Origin: Camelus dromedarius
Taxonomy: Eukaryota
Reading direction: 5' to 3'
Assembly: GCF_036321535.1 (NCBI RefSeq)
Contig: NC_087437.1
Span: 65,970,001 to 66,034,000, forward strand
Length of the DNA: 64,000 nt
Within the stretch, counting starts at the first letter, position 1, and every line of letters begins with the position of its first letter. The position numbers and the translations under genes were made by a program. Positions 40,401 to 52,400 of the stretch are shown here, one piece after another. The notes beneath the pieces are model-generated. The model saw nothing but the letters and a program-made list of their open reading frames with translations, was not told where the DNA came from and searched no databases.

Positions 40401-43400
40401 CAAGAGATGGGCTGGAGCAAACCCAGGACAGGCAGTGCACCCAGGTAATGAGCCTCATGCTGTCCATGGTGGAGTGAACTTGGGCAAGTCACTGGACCCC
40501 TCATCTGCAAAATATGAGGGTTAGAGTAGGTGAGCTCTCAAACCCAGTTCTGAAATCCTATCCATATAAAAGGAGGCAGACATTTTAGGTTGGATTGTCA
40601 GAGTATCCTACTTATGGAGTCAGGATATTTGATTAACTCTTGTCTTAATTGATGGCCCAAGAAAGAGCAGTTTGAAAGAGAAGCTGACTCAGGAGCGGGA
40701 GAAGAGAATGAGTAAAAGCAGGAGGCATTTTGTGCCCCTTACTTGCTCCTGCGTGTATGGAGTGAAATATAAACAGTACATCATGTAGCACCCAAACACT
40801 CTTCCTGCCCAGGAATCCCAATTGCTATTTATTCTACAGAAAGAAGTCACTTGATTTTCCACTTTAGAAAGCAGCTACTCCACAACACCAGGCAAAAAAT
40901 AATAATAATAAAGAAGGATGCTGGGTCCTCTTGGGGTTGGGCAAGGAATCTTTAAAAAAAAAAAAAGAAAACCAAAATTCCACAGTGTGCAGTCTGAACT
41001 TTTATTGAACCTACTGAAAAACGAAAACTTTGTTCTAACCTTTGTAAATGTTCACATTTTCTTTTAAAAATAATGATGCAGTATTGAAACAGCTTACAGA
41101 AATAGTTGTCTGAAAATATTGCACGAACCCTAATGTTTTCCGGAACCCTTCTTGCCTTCTTACCATGTTGCCTGGCCCATGACCAGGATCCTGGGTTTCT
41201 TCAACAGGAATTGGTGAAGTTCTTGCCCTGGTCCCCATGCCTTCTCTCTAAATCAGTTCAGGGCTCTTGTTACAGCTGAGGGCACTGCTCTTTGGCCTTG
41301 ACTTCAGTGTTTAAATCAAGTGTCTTGAGAGGATGAACACAGTAAGGAAGCAGAGGCCAATGCATGTGTTTCAGTCCTGCTTAAATGCTTGGTACCTGAA
41401 CTGCACTCAAGCTCCCGAATCCCACTAGACAATCCCAGTATGCTAAATTGTGCTGACTGTTGGTCCTGAATGGGGGGCTAGCCCAATGTTGTCTGTGGCT
41501 TTCCTAACAAGGCCACTTGTACAGTGTCAGAACTGACTTCACATTGACTGTGCTCCAGGGTAGACTATATACACATACACACACATACATTTTACTACTT
41601 AATTGACTTAGGTCTCACTACTTGAAGAGTATGACTGTCTACCTAAAGCTCAAATACACTCGCCTCACAAAAACTAATGAAGAGAATCATGTATGTTATT
41701 AATCATATGTTAGTTTGATTGTTGTGTTTAATCTAGTTTGGTACTTTAACTTCTGTTATACTGTCTCAGTTTCTTTCTAGCCTAGGGATACAGATGAGTG
41801 CTTATTTTTGTGGTTGTAAAGTTTGCTTGTTAATAAACATTTACTTAATAAGTGTATGTCATTCATTCATTCATTCATTCCCTATCTTACTCCAAAAATA
41901 AGAATTATTTTTTCTTCTCAAATTCCATGACTGGTATATCCTACTAGTTTCTGTCAGGGTTAGGCTAACTAAGCATATTTTCAGTGATGGAGAAGGACCC
42001 AAGTTTATGGCATATCATTTGCAACAGAGAAAAATAAAATGGATGACGCACTTAAAAAGAGTACTGGTGACTCACCAGGATGCCTGGATCACTCAAACTT
42101 TTGTGTGAAATTGACACATGTGGAATTACTATTAGAGCAACTAAAGCTTTTGAAGCAGAATTCCAGATGCCCACACTGAGCCCAGACTCAGACATACAGG
42201 AGTTCCCTTCACTGTCAGGGTCCCTGTCAGGAGGACCCAGAGGTGGCTTCTGGGTGGCCCAGCCCAGCTCACAAAACCTGCTTTGGAATGGAGGCAGAAT
42301 TCACAAATGCTCAGAACACTCAGCTTCACTTTTCCAAGGGCATTCTCATGCTTGGGTCTTCAACATATGCTATAACTACAATGCTAAGTTAATTGGGGCA
42401 GGCTGAGGTCTACATCAGAAGCAGGAAATTCACCTGGCTTCTCCTTAGAGCCCTAAGGATCTTTCAGGAATCTGTTCATTGTGCTTTGTTCCCCCCCCAC
42501 CCCCTCCTCTAGTCTTCTTTCTCTCCTTGGCATTTTCTATTTTCTTTCCTTTCTTATCCTGTGTGGCCTTGGCCTTGCCAACAGCCACATACAGAGAAAC
42601 AGACTTCCTGGTTTAGCTATTTATTTTAAGGGTAAAGCCTTTCGCTTTATGCATTAATTGGTGTCAGTATCACGTTCAACAGAAGAGTAATTTTCTGCAT
42701 GGCACCAAGGGCTGGCTAATGATCAAAGAAAACCCCAGCACAAGGAGATCCACTTCAGGTGTGAGTTTGTTTGGGGTTTCTCAGTTTCCTTTCCTGGGGG
42801 ATGGGAAGAGAGGGGAAAATGGGATTGGGATGTGTTTTGAGCAGAGGCCAGACATTCAAGGCCAGACATTCTTTGCTAAAATGTTGGATGTAGTAAATTC
42901 AGTACTCACTGCAGATTTACTTCTTAATAAAATTTGCTAAGCTACTTGTGGGCCATATTGTTTAAAGGACAGTTACAAAGTGAACAGCTTTCTCTCTGAG
43001 AAATACAACTGAAAAAGTCTGTGTTTTCTTTTATTTTCTATGAAAGAACATGTATATTATAACCTGGCTGATAAGAAACTATAGGAGTTGGCTTTTTGTG
43101 TGTTTGTTACATGCCCTATCTAGGCAAGCTCTCTCTCTCTCTCTCTCTTTTTTTAACATAAAAATAAAATCCTGTAAGAATAACCAATGCTTGAGGATTG
43201 TTACCCTCGCTGTTAGTCAGTTGACAGCTTAGGTAATTGCATTTTCCCTCTAAATTCCCTTTACACATCTAATCAGAAGGCTCTTCATTTCCTGCTGAAG
43301 TTGCTTTATTGAATTGCTGTGTGGATTAGAGAGCAAACTAGGTTCCTCCCCAGTGGCTATATTTCAGTTGGTGATTGGGTTATTTTTCTAGGTAATGCTA

Positions 43401-43783
43401 TCAATATTTTGCCTGTTGTAAATGGCATTCTCGTTCAGTGACCATAATTACTCAAGTTACAGTGGCCTAGAGTGTAAAGACTTCCTCATTCCCCAGTCAT
43501 CTGTTAACTCCAGGGAAGTCTTCTCTCTACCCAGGTTGGTGAAGTGTGTGTGTGTGTCTGTGTGTGTCTGTGGCAGCTGAGGCAGCTGAGGACTATTAGG
43601 GCCCTAGATTAACAACTTGTGGATTCAGGTGTGACAGCAGCCATATTCAGAAAGTCTTGATATTCTCTTTGAGGCAGAGACAAAGGATTCTAAGCCCAAG
43701 GGTGTTCAAATCATGGGAACTGTCCTAAAACAGTTTCTTGTTTAGAAATGGGTAGAGAAAATAGGAAGAAGGAAAATGGTGAT

Positions 43784-43845
43784 GGGGAGGACTATAGGAA
43801 GAGGGGGGAGGACTATAGGAAGAGGGGGAGGACTATAGGAAGAGG
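43784..43845. repeat. Minisatellite, 3 copies of GGGGAGGACTATAGGAAGAG(G)
   Basis: Read directly: units at 43784, 43805 and 43825. Confidence 0.95.
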
Positions 43846-44272
43846 AGGGAGGCAGTGGTGGGGGCAGGAAATGTTCACTGTTAGCTCTAGTGGGGTAAGT
43901 AAGTGAAGAATGTCTGGTCTTTATCTTACAAGCTTCATGAGGAAATACTGTGAGTGATCACTGCTGATATATTGGGTCAGAAAAATGGGTGACAGTTTTT
44001 GCTAAGTGAATGCATGGTCTGTAAGCAAGACTCATGGCAGCAAATGATAATGTACAAGCTATAAATTAAAATGGTACCTGTATATAATGTGTATAGCAAG
44101 GGAAATACTGACATAAAGTTCCTTACATAGGATAAGTGCTCAATAAATAGTAGCTGCTATTCTTCTTGTTGTTTTTGCTTAAATTCCAGGGGAGAGAAGA
44201 ACTACCAGGAGAGACATACTGAGCCTAGACCCATGTTTGTCACACTGCACTGAGTGATGTTAATACACATGC

Positions 44273-44400
44273 TACCTAGAAGAGAACATAGGCAATACAT
44301 TCTCTGATATAAATCATAACTATGTTCTCCTAGGTCAGTCTACCAAGGCAATAGAAATAAAAGCAAAAAATAAATAAATGGGACCTAATTAAACTAATAA
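44273..44400 (+). mobile_element. Internal L1 ORF2 fragment
   Basis: Translates as LEENIGNTFSDINHNYVLLGQSTKAIEIKAK..NKWDLIKL, a conserved L1 ORF2 segment. Confidence 0.8.
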
Positions 44401-44789
44401 ATGTACTAGGTTTAATGGCTTTTTAGTTGCAAGACTTCAGAGCTTTACAATGTTCATGTGCATTATTTATTTTCCTCTCTGAGAGAAAATTATTATAAGC
44501 AATGTTTACCAGACATTTCACCACAGAAAGCCGTTTCAAAGAAATACTATAAATATTTAAAGACTAATATTCCATGGAACAGTTTGGAATGGGTCAACTC
44601 CAGAGAGATTTCCGTAAGCAGATTCTATTTACATCTTGCTGAACTCACTTCCTAAACTAATTCCATTCCATGAAGAAAGCATGGGACTTGACTGGACCAT
44701 TGGCATGGTCATGTCTATACTTATCTAGAACTGGCTGGGGGTTTTTTTGTTATCAACTTGGAGTATCCAGGAGTCTTCTTTTTGATTTT

Positions 44790-45555
44790 TCATTTTCTCT
44801 ATCCATACCCAGTCAGTCCATCAGAGCTCTGTTGGCTCTACTATCAGAATATATCACCTCTCCATTGACTGTTCTGTCTCCATCACCACCACCCTAGTCC
44901 AAGCCACCATGATTTTGTGCTTGGACTATTGCAGTAGCATCCTAGCTGCTCTCCCCTCTAGCCGCTCTCCATCTACTTCTCTACACAACAGCCTGAGTAT
45001 AATCTTCATAAAACACATACATGTTCACATCATTCTCCTGTGTAAAACCCTCCAGCAGCCCTTGTTTCATTAAGAATAAAATACAGACTTTTTACCAGCA
45101 CCTACAGGGCCCTACATGCACCAGCCCTGGCCTGCTTTTCCCAGCTTATCTCTCACTGCTCTCCCTGTTGGGCCCTGTGTCACAGCCACACTGGCCTCTT
45201 TCCTATTCCAGGAACATGATGAATTCCACCCTGCTTCAGAACCTTCGCACTTTTCTTCTCTCCGTCTGAACTGCTCCTTTCATTCTTCAGGCCTCAGCCC
45301 AAGAGAGCATTTCCCAACCACTCGATCTAGGTGGTGCCCCCCTCTCCCAGATTTCTTTGTCAAACATACTCTGTATTCAACTTTCATCACAATCTGAAGT
45401 GATCGTGTTATTTTTGTTTATTCACTGTCCTCCCTCTTGAATGTGTACTCCTTCAGGACAGAGCCCTTCTCTTTCTCGTTCACCAGTGAATCCCCAGCAC
45501 TTCAAACTGAGCTTAACATATAGTTGGTGCTCAGTGAATAATTTGCTGAATTAAT
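44790..45555 (+). mobile_element. L2 (L2a-like) 3' fragment
   Basis: CCACCACCCTAGTCCAAGCCACCAT...CAGCCACACTGGCCTC...ATCCCCAGCACTT...GGTGCTCAGTGAATAATTTGCTGAAT. Confidence 0.8.
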
Positions 45556-46767
45556 CAACTGGCCAAATGGATTGACCAGTGCACCCAAATATTTCATCTG
45601 CAATATGAGAAGATGCATTGTACCCTGCCTGTAGTCTTTGTACCTCAGTCATCTCTGTGCCAGATTCTGCAAGTAGAATGTGCACCTGCGAAGGTGGTTG
45701 ATAGCACATGCCCACCAACACTTTGCTTAACCCTAGACTTGGTAGACATGCTGGGCTTGCTTAGTCTGGCACGTGGATTTTCTCAGCTCCAGATGAAGTT
45801 GGAATTTACGCAGACACTAGCTGAATAGTAAATATTTTTATTCTTTCTTTCCGTGATCAACAATTCTGATTTCACTGGGCATCATTCCCAGAGTAAGTGA
45901 AAGTCCCAAAGAATGTAGAATAAAGCATTAAATTCTACTATTGGTGTGATTCTTTGCCCCAAAGCCTCTGACCACTTTGTCTTCTGACCTCATCATTTGC
46001 TGAGACCTGTACTTTTCAGGATCATTTCTGCTTTTGTTCTTTCTCCTTTTCATTTGAATGGTACCTGTGATGTCCCCAGTATGGGTAAAATAATGTCTCT
46101 GGATTTACAGATTAGCTCTCAGAGAAGTCTTCTATCCTGGGGAAGTTTCCACTAAAGACCCAGTGATCAGTAGTGGGTTCCCAGGAAACAGATCACCCCA
46201 CTTCTCTGCAGTCCTACTCTCCAAACCCTCCTACAGTTGACCTGCAGACCAGGTTCCTGACTTCGTAGCATACTGCACCACTTTTTAGTGGAGTCAGTTC
46301 AATGTGTGGCATTTCTCTAGTATCTAGTCAGTTACAAATGGAAGAGAACAGAGCTTTGAGAACTGTACTGCCACATAACACTTGGGAATGTTTTTACCAC
46401 AAATGATAATCTGTAGCTACGAAGCTAGTGGGTTTGGGGGTGGAGTTTCTAATGCAGTCCTCGGGGAAAATAAAATGAACAGAAGAGGAGGTCTTTGTGC
46501 ATTGTTGGTACAGGTTAAGGGTCTCACAGGATTTTAATCTCTGCAAAAATAGGGAGTTTTGCTACGATGGAGCAGGATACCTGGCAATCTCTCATTGGTG
46601 GGCCTCCTGTCAGCTGAGACCTGATTGGCCAGCACAAGTAGGCTTTACAGCTCCTTCCCCCCAGCTGTGACTTCCCGACTGCTCCAAGGAAAGAATGCAA
46701 GGCAGGAATGTCTCAAGAAGAATAGAATGTGCATGTTTTCATTGACTTTAATATCAAGGCACTAAAA

Positions 46768-46790
46768 GCACGCACGCACGCACGCACGCG

Positions 46791-46836
<46 letters not shown>

Positions 46837-46848
46837 CGCGCGCGCGCG
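46768..46848. repeat. Compound alternating purine-pyrimidine repeat (GCAC)5..(TG)21..(CG)6
   Basis: Read directly from the sequence. Confidence 0.95.
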
Positions 46849-47388
46849 TAATATTATTAAAAGCTGGCAGGAACAGAGTATTTTCAGTTGAGCTGAAAAA
46901 TGAAAAAAATGGTTTTGAGAAATATCCACCTCATTGCCAAAGTTGTCCATGGACTTTTACCCACAAAAAAATTACATTTCAAAAATTAAGAGAAGGCTCC
47001 AAGTAGGTAGTTTAATTAGCCCCTTATCATTGTTTCATGAGATAAGCCATACAGAGTCCTAAAGACAGGAGGTGGCAAACATTTTATCTTCCTTATGGAG
47101 GAGACCAGAAGGGTGAAGTGACTTGTCCACAGGCATTGAAATCTGAGCCAGAATTAGGCTTAAGTACCCATGACACCTGCCCATTTTCAAAGCACCAAGT
47201 GTTTCAGTTTCCTGGTCGCAGATGCAGCCCAGCATGCTGCTTTCCCCCACGTGACCAGCCAGACCTGTTGACTTCAGTTACACACACCACTTCTAAAATA
47301 TTCCAAGTTAAAGTCTTACTCTTTCTGCCTAAACTCCCCCTCCTCGATTCAGCTCTCAGTAATGTGTCGGAACTCAGAACTTACTGTT

Positions 47389-47709
47389 CAGAGCTGTGCG
47401 GTTCAGGAGGAAAAACCACTAGCCATAAGTGGCTCTTGAGCATTTGAAATGTGGCCAGTCCCATTAAGATGTGCTGTAAGTGTAAAACACATGCCAGGTT
47501 TCAAAGACTTAGTATGAGAAAAAGAATGTAAAAGATCTCAACAATAACATTGATTACATGCTGAAATGGTAATCTTTTGGCTATATTGCCTTGAGTAAAG
47601 CAAACTATTAAAATAATTGTATCTATTTCTTTTGACTTTTTAAAATATGGCTACTGGAAAATTTTAAATCGTCTGTAAGACTGATGTTATATTTCTATTG
47701 GACAGCACT
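47389..47709. mobile_element. MER33-like hAT DNA transposon
   Basis: CCACTAGCCATAAGTGGCTCTTGAGCATTTGAAATGTGGC...GATGTGCTGTAAGTGTAAAA...TATATTTCTATTGGACAGCACT, about 320 bp. Confidence 0.8.
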
Positions 47710-48772
47710 AGACACTTGTCACTTCACTATATGTTGCACTTAGCCACACATGTCTTGAGTTAGCTCTTACTAGATTGTGTTGTCATGCTATTTAAAATTC
47801 CATGTATATATGTCCTATCTCCTCATCTAAACTGTCAGCAGCTTAGGGACACAGACGATGCTTTGTTTTTCCTTAAGTCCCCAGCATCTAGCATGATGTT
47901 TGGTATTTTGTTGCTTGATTGCCTCATATTTTGCTTACTTTCTCCAGAATAGATTTTGTCCATTTCTACTTTGGACAATGATAAGGAAATGCAGGTAAAG
48001 TTGTTTGGAGTTTAGTTTTTTTCAAAAGGATTGGTTTTTATATAATTCTAATTTGTTCCAGAAAGATTAACATTCCTCTAAACTGGACTGTTAAAACCAA
48101 GGGAGCCTGCAGTGGGTGCTGGAACTTCCTGACGTGCCTGCCCAGCAGAGAGCAACAGTGTTAACTGGTGATTACAGGTTGTAATTGCCATCCCAAAGTC
48201 TTGAGGAAGCTCCACATTACACTCAGAGATTTGTGCCCCATTTTCCAGGACCTGACGGGGTATAGGTCCAGGTAAATAAGGCACATTGGCCCCAGTGGCT
48301 CCCAACCTTGAGCCAGGGTTGGGAGAAGAGGGCCACTACCAACCATGGTTGCCAAGTAACTGCCAGGAACCCTGACCACAGGGCTGTGATTCCCAGAGTC
48401 CCTGAAAAAATACCAGAGGATGCGCCCTGGGTGGGCCTTACCCTTTAAACATCCTACAATTTTGTAACTGAGCTTGTGGCTAAACCACATGCTCATAATT
48501 TCTAGGCTGGCTATATTATGCCTAAAATACAGTCATTTCTGCTGGTTCCCTGGGAGAGTCTGACCTTTCCCTGGGTTTTGTGACCACAGGATCCCTGAGC
48601 CGCTGTTAAGGAATGTGTAAGAATACACCTCTGGAAACCTCCCCTCTTCAGGGGAGATTTATTAAGTCTCAGTGCTGTGGAATGATCCCACTCCAATGAC
48701 CACATTATTGCCATGAATTCTATGACAGCCATCTCCCTTTGGCAACAATGGATGAAGTGAACAATTGTCTCT

Positions 48773-49497
48773 CTCTTTTTTTTTTTTTAATAGACTTTAT
48801 GCTTTTAGAGCAGTTTCAGGTTCACAACAGAATTGAGCAGAAAATACAGAGTTCACACATAGCCCTCCCCACCCACACATATATACTCCCTTACCCTCAA
48901 TATCCCTCATCAGTGTGACATATTTGGTACAATCGATGAACCAACATGAGCACATTATTATCAACCAAAGTCCATAGTTTACATTAGGGTTCACTCTTGA
49001 TGTTGTACATTCTAAGGGTTTAAAAAATGCATAATGACATGTAGCCATCATTATAGCATCATACAGAATAATTTCATTGCCCTAAAAAATCCCTTGTGCT
49101 CCATCTATTCATTCCTCCCTCCTTCCCTCTCCCAAAACCCCTGGAAATCACGATCTTTTTATTGTTTCTGTAGCTGTGCCTTTTCCAGAATGTCATTTGG
49201 TTGGAATCATACAGTTTGTAGCCTTTTCAGACTGGCTTCTTTCATTTAGTAATATGTCTTTTAAATTTCTTCCATGTCTTCCATGGCTTGATAGATCTGT
49301 TTTGGTTTTTTTTACTGCACATATACTTTTTAATTTACATATATGTACCATTCATTGTTTCTAAGAACGTTTAGAGCTTTAGCTTTTTAAACTTACACAG
49401 TTATCAAAGGAATAAAGCCAACCACAAAATAAGAATTAAATCAAAAAGATACATACACCCTGCTATTAACAGCAACATTATTATAATTGCCAAGATA
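48773..49497 (-). mobile_element. L1 3' end (L1MC1-like), copy B, ending in an oppositely oriented L1 ORF2-like piece
   Basis: A polyT tract followed by L1MC1-like 3' UTR to ~49290. Candidate TSD AACA(A/G)TTGTCTCT at 48760-48772 and 49498-49510. Confidence 0.8.
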
Positions 49498-52400
49498 AAC
49501 AGTTGTCTCTTTAAAGAAGTAGTTAGAAGGATTTGTAATGACCAAGATTTTAAAGTAACAGTGGTCTCGTCTGCCCAGGTTCCTCAGCTTTGCAGCCCAT
49601 GAATATCCTCATTTGGTTGTTGAATCAAGGGAGATGAAAGCTACAAGAGGCAGTTCATGTCCGAAGTGGTACTTGCTTTCGGTTTCTCATCTTTCCTAGG
49701 CTATGCCCTAGGAAAACTGAGTCCTGGGTTTCTGTGGGCTCATAGACACCAGGTTAGAATTTCCTCATTATAAAATGAAAATAAGCATTTTTCTACTTAG
49801 GCAGACTAGTGATTAAGGTGACCGTTTGTCACAGCTTATGCCTGTTGTCCAAGGCTATCTATTTAAAAGTTCCCCTTTGACTCTCAAAAGTGTCCCAGTT
49901 TGGTTGTCGGTGTCCTACTGCCAGCAGGTGCTCCCCCGCTCAAGCTCACATACCCCTGCTTGCTCAGCACTCATCCAGCATCCCCCTCACAGAGGAGCTG
50001 GGCTCCACAGTGATGTATAAATTAAGTCTTCAGCTTCCCTCAGTGATCCTCAGACTCAGATCCAGAAAGCTCCTGTGGCTAGGTAATAATATCACCTGTA
50101 CAAACTCTTCTCCAAAAATTGACTTCCTTTGGATACTACCTGAATGGAGCCCTTCACTTGCATTTGGACTTGCTCTGGGTGTGTATCTGGGTCGTGGGAA
50201 GTGAGGATGAGGAACACTGGGTGGGGAGGGTCCTCAAGGGTCTGGAAATGAATAGGCTGGAGAACAAACCCTGCTTGTGGAGTCTGAGGGTGATGACCAC
50301 CACCACCTCTGGCATTTCCTTGGAAGACTGTATTCCTCGGACTCTAGGTTTTCCCCCCACTTTTCTCTCGATAGGTAGTTTCTGTGGCAACACAGTGTCT
50401 GAGAACTTCTAATTACATCTGTCTGCTTCTCCTAGAACCATGCTGAGCCACACATATGGGGACTTCATTTAGCCCAGAGTTTCTTGCTGGGTTTTAACCC
50501 CTTCTGCATTCCTTGGGCTGGAGAATAATTGCCAGGATGCTGAAAACTTGACAGATGCTTTGCAGCTAAACTACCCCAAAAGATTCCCAGGGCTTTGTCC
50601 ATGTCTTTAAAGAAGAGACTCCTGTGGCTCTGCTGTGCTGGGTCTCTGGGTCGCTCTGTTCCATTTTGTTCCAGTCAACCCTGACTCCTGACTTCCTTGT
50701 TTTCGCTTCAACCTCTTGCCCCCTCCATTCTGTCAAATGGTCTCAGCTCTTATTTGGACATCACAGTTCCTTTCAAGGTACCTAAGCGCCAGGGGAAATG
50801 AACCACTTGGGCACAACTAAGTCTTTGCCCTTCCCTGGCAACTCACATTTCACTATAGTCCAGCCCACTGCAAGGTCAGCCTAGTGGATGAGCCAGAAAG
50901 GAGTGGCTGGAGACCTCTGGAACCTTCTGGGATAGAGGAAGGGTAGAACATCTTTTTTGTCATCTAGGGAGACCGATCATCTTGCCTCCCTTCTGCCTCA
51001 TCGGGCAGTGTCAGGACGGGGTCCTGAGAAGAAGTAACACAAAATAGCTGCCTTGATAATACGCCCATTTTCACAATTTGACCTCTTCCCACTTGTTTCT
51101 CTTCATCTCTGCTTCTCCCTTTTATAAAGGCCACCAAATTGTCGGGCTGCTCTTTGATGGCCTCTGCTCTACACTCAGATGTCCCACCCAGTTTTGCCTT
51201 CCTCTGAGGTACCTCACATTCCCACGTTACCTCTTCCACTTTCCTTCCTGCCACCAAATTATTCCCTCAGCATGGCAGCTAGGTCATACATTAATTGTGG
51301 ACAAAGGACATGACTGAAAGCCATTTTAGTCCCCCACTATTCTCCTGTCCACTTCATTAACACACACATACCCCAGTGTCTTTCTGTGGGTCTAAGACAA
51401 TCTCTGATTAGTGAAATTCCAGGCTGAATACTTATGGCCTGGTGGAGAAGGGTAGGGTCTTTAGGCTTTTCCCCCAGAAAGACTGGTACTGGAAGGAGGC
51501 AGCTCCAGGAGAGGAGCTGGCACAGAGGGGCTGTCTTTCTGCCCCTGCTCCAAGGTGCTGGGGTTTAGTCACTCTTTCATACTTTCAACAAAAGTTGCCT
51601 GAATGTCACAGAGTACTGTGCCAGGACCTATGACAGAACTCTAAAACAGAGTCCTTGTCCTCTAGGAACTTACAGTTCAGCTGGGAAGACAAAAATCTGC
51701 ACAATCAATTAAAAAATTATTTTTAATTAAAAAAAAATTTAAGTGATCAGAAGGAGTTCCTACAGAGAGGAATGAAAGTTCAGAGAAGGAAGGAGGAATT
51801 CATACCAATCAAAAGGGAAAAGTCACTAAAGATGGAGGCGTGTAACTTGAGTTAAGCCTTGAAGGACAGGAAGGATTGTGACAATCCAGACAATAAACCA
51901 GACTTCCCAGATGGTGACATTATTTTTTTAGCTGGTCTTGTGGGACATTCTCTGCCCGCCTGAAGGTTAAGGAAGTAGCTGACAGTACCTCACAGTGCTG
52001 ATATCTTCAAAGGGTAATGAGTTCTCATGTCAAAATGCAGAACCTCCGGAGCCCCCATCCTCCTCATTTTAATCTGCTGAGATCACCTGCTCTACTTACA
52101 GACACCTTCTGAAGTGCCTGTGGCCGGAGGACCCGAGAAGTGAGGGTTCCTGGAGGTGAGGAGGCCAAGTAAACAATGTAGTCACCCAGGAGAGAGGAAG
52201 ACTGAGCCACGTGCCAAAACCAGGTTAAATGTGGCCAAGTAGATGACAGTGTCAGGCATCGGTGCCAGGTCATGTGAACCACCTTGGAGAGTGGTGGCTT
52301 ACGTTTCAGTTTTAGGGGATCCATGTTCAAACTGGGATGATGAAAAGGAGCGGCAGATTGGGGGGGGCGATATTCTCCAGCTCAAGGAAGATACCCAAGT

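Noticed and set aside
43784..43845. CRISPR-like repeat array
   Set aside because: Units are directly adjacent with no spacers, there are no cas genes, and the context is mammalian.
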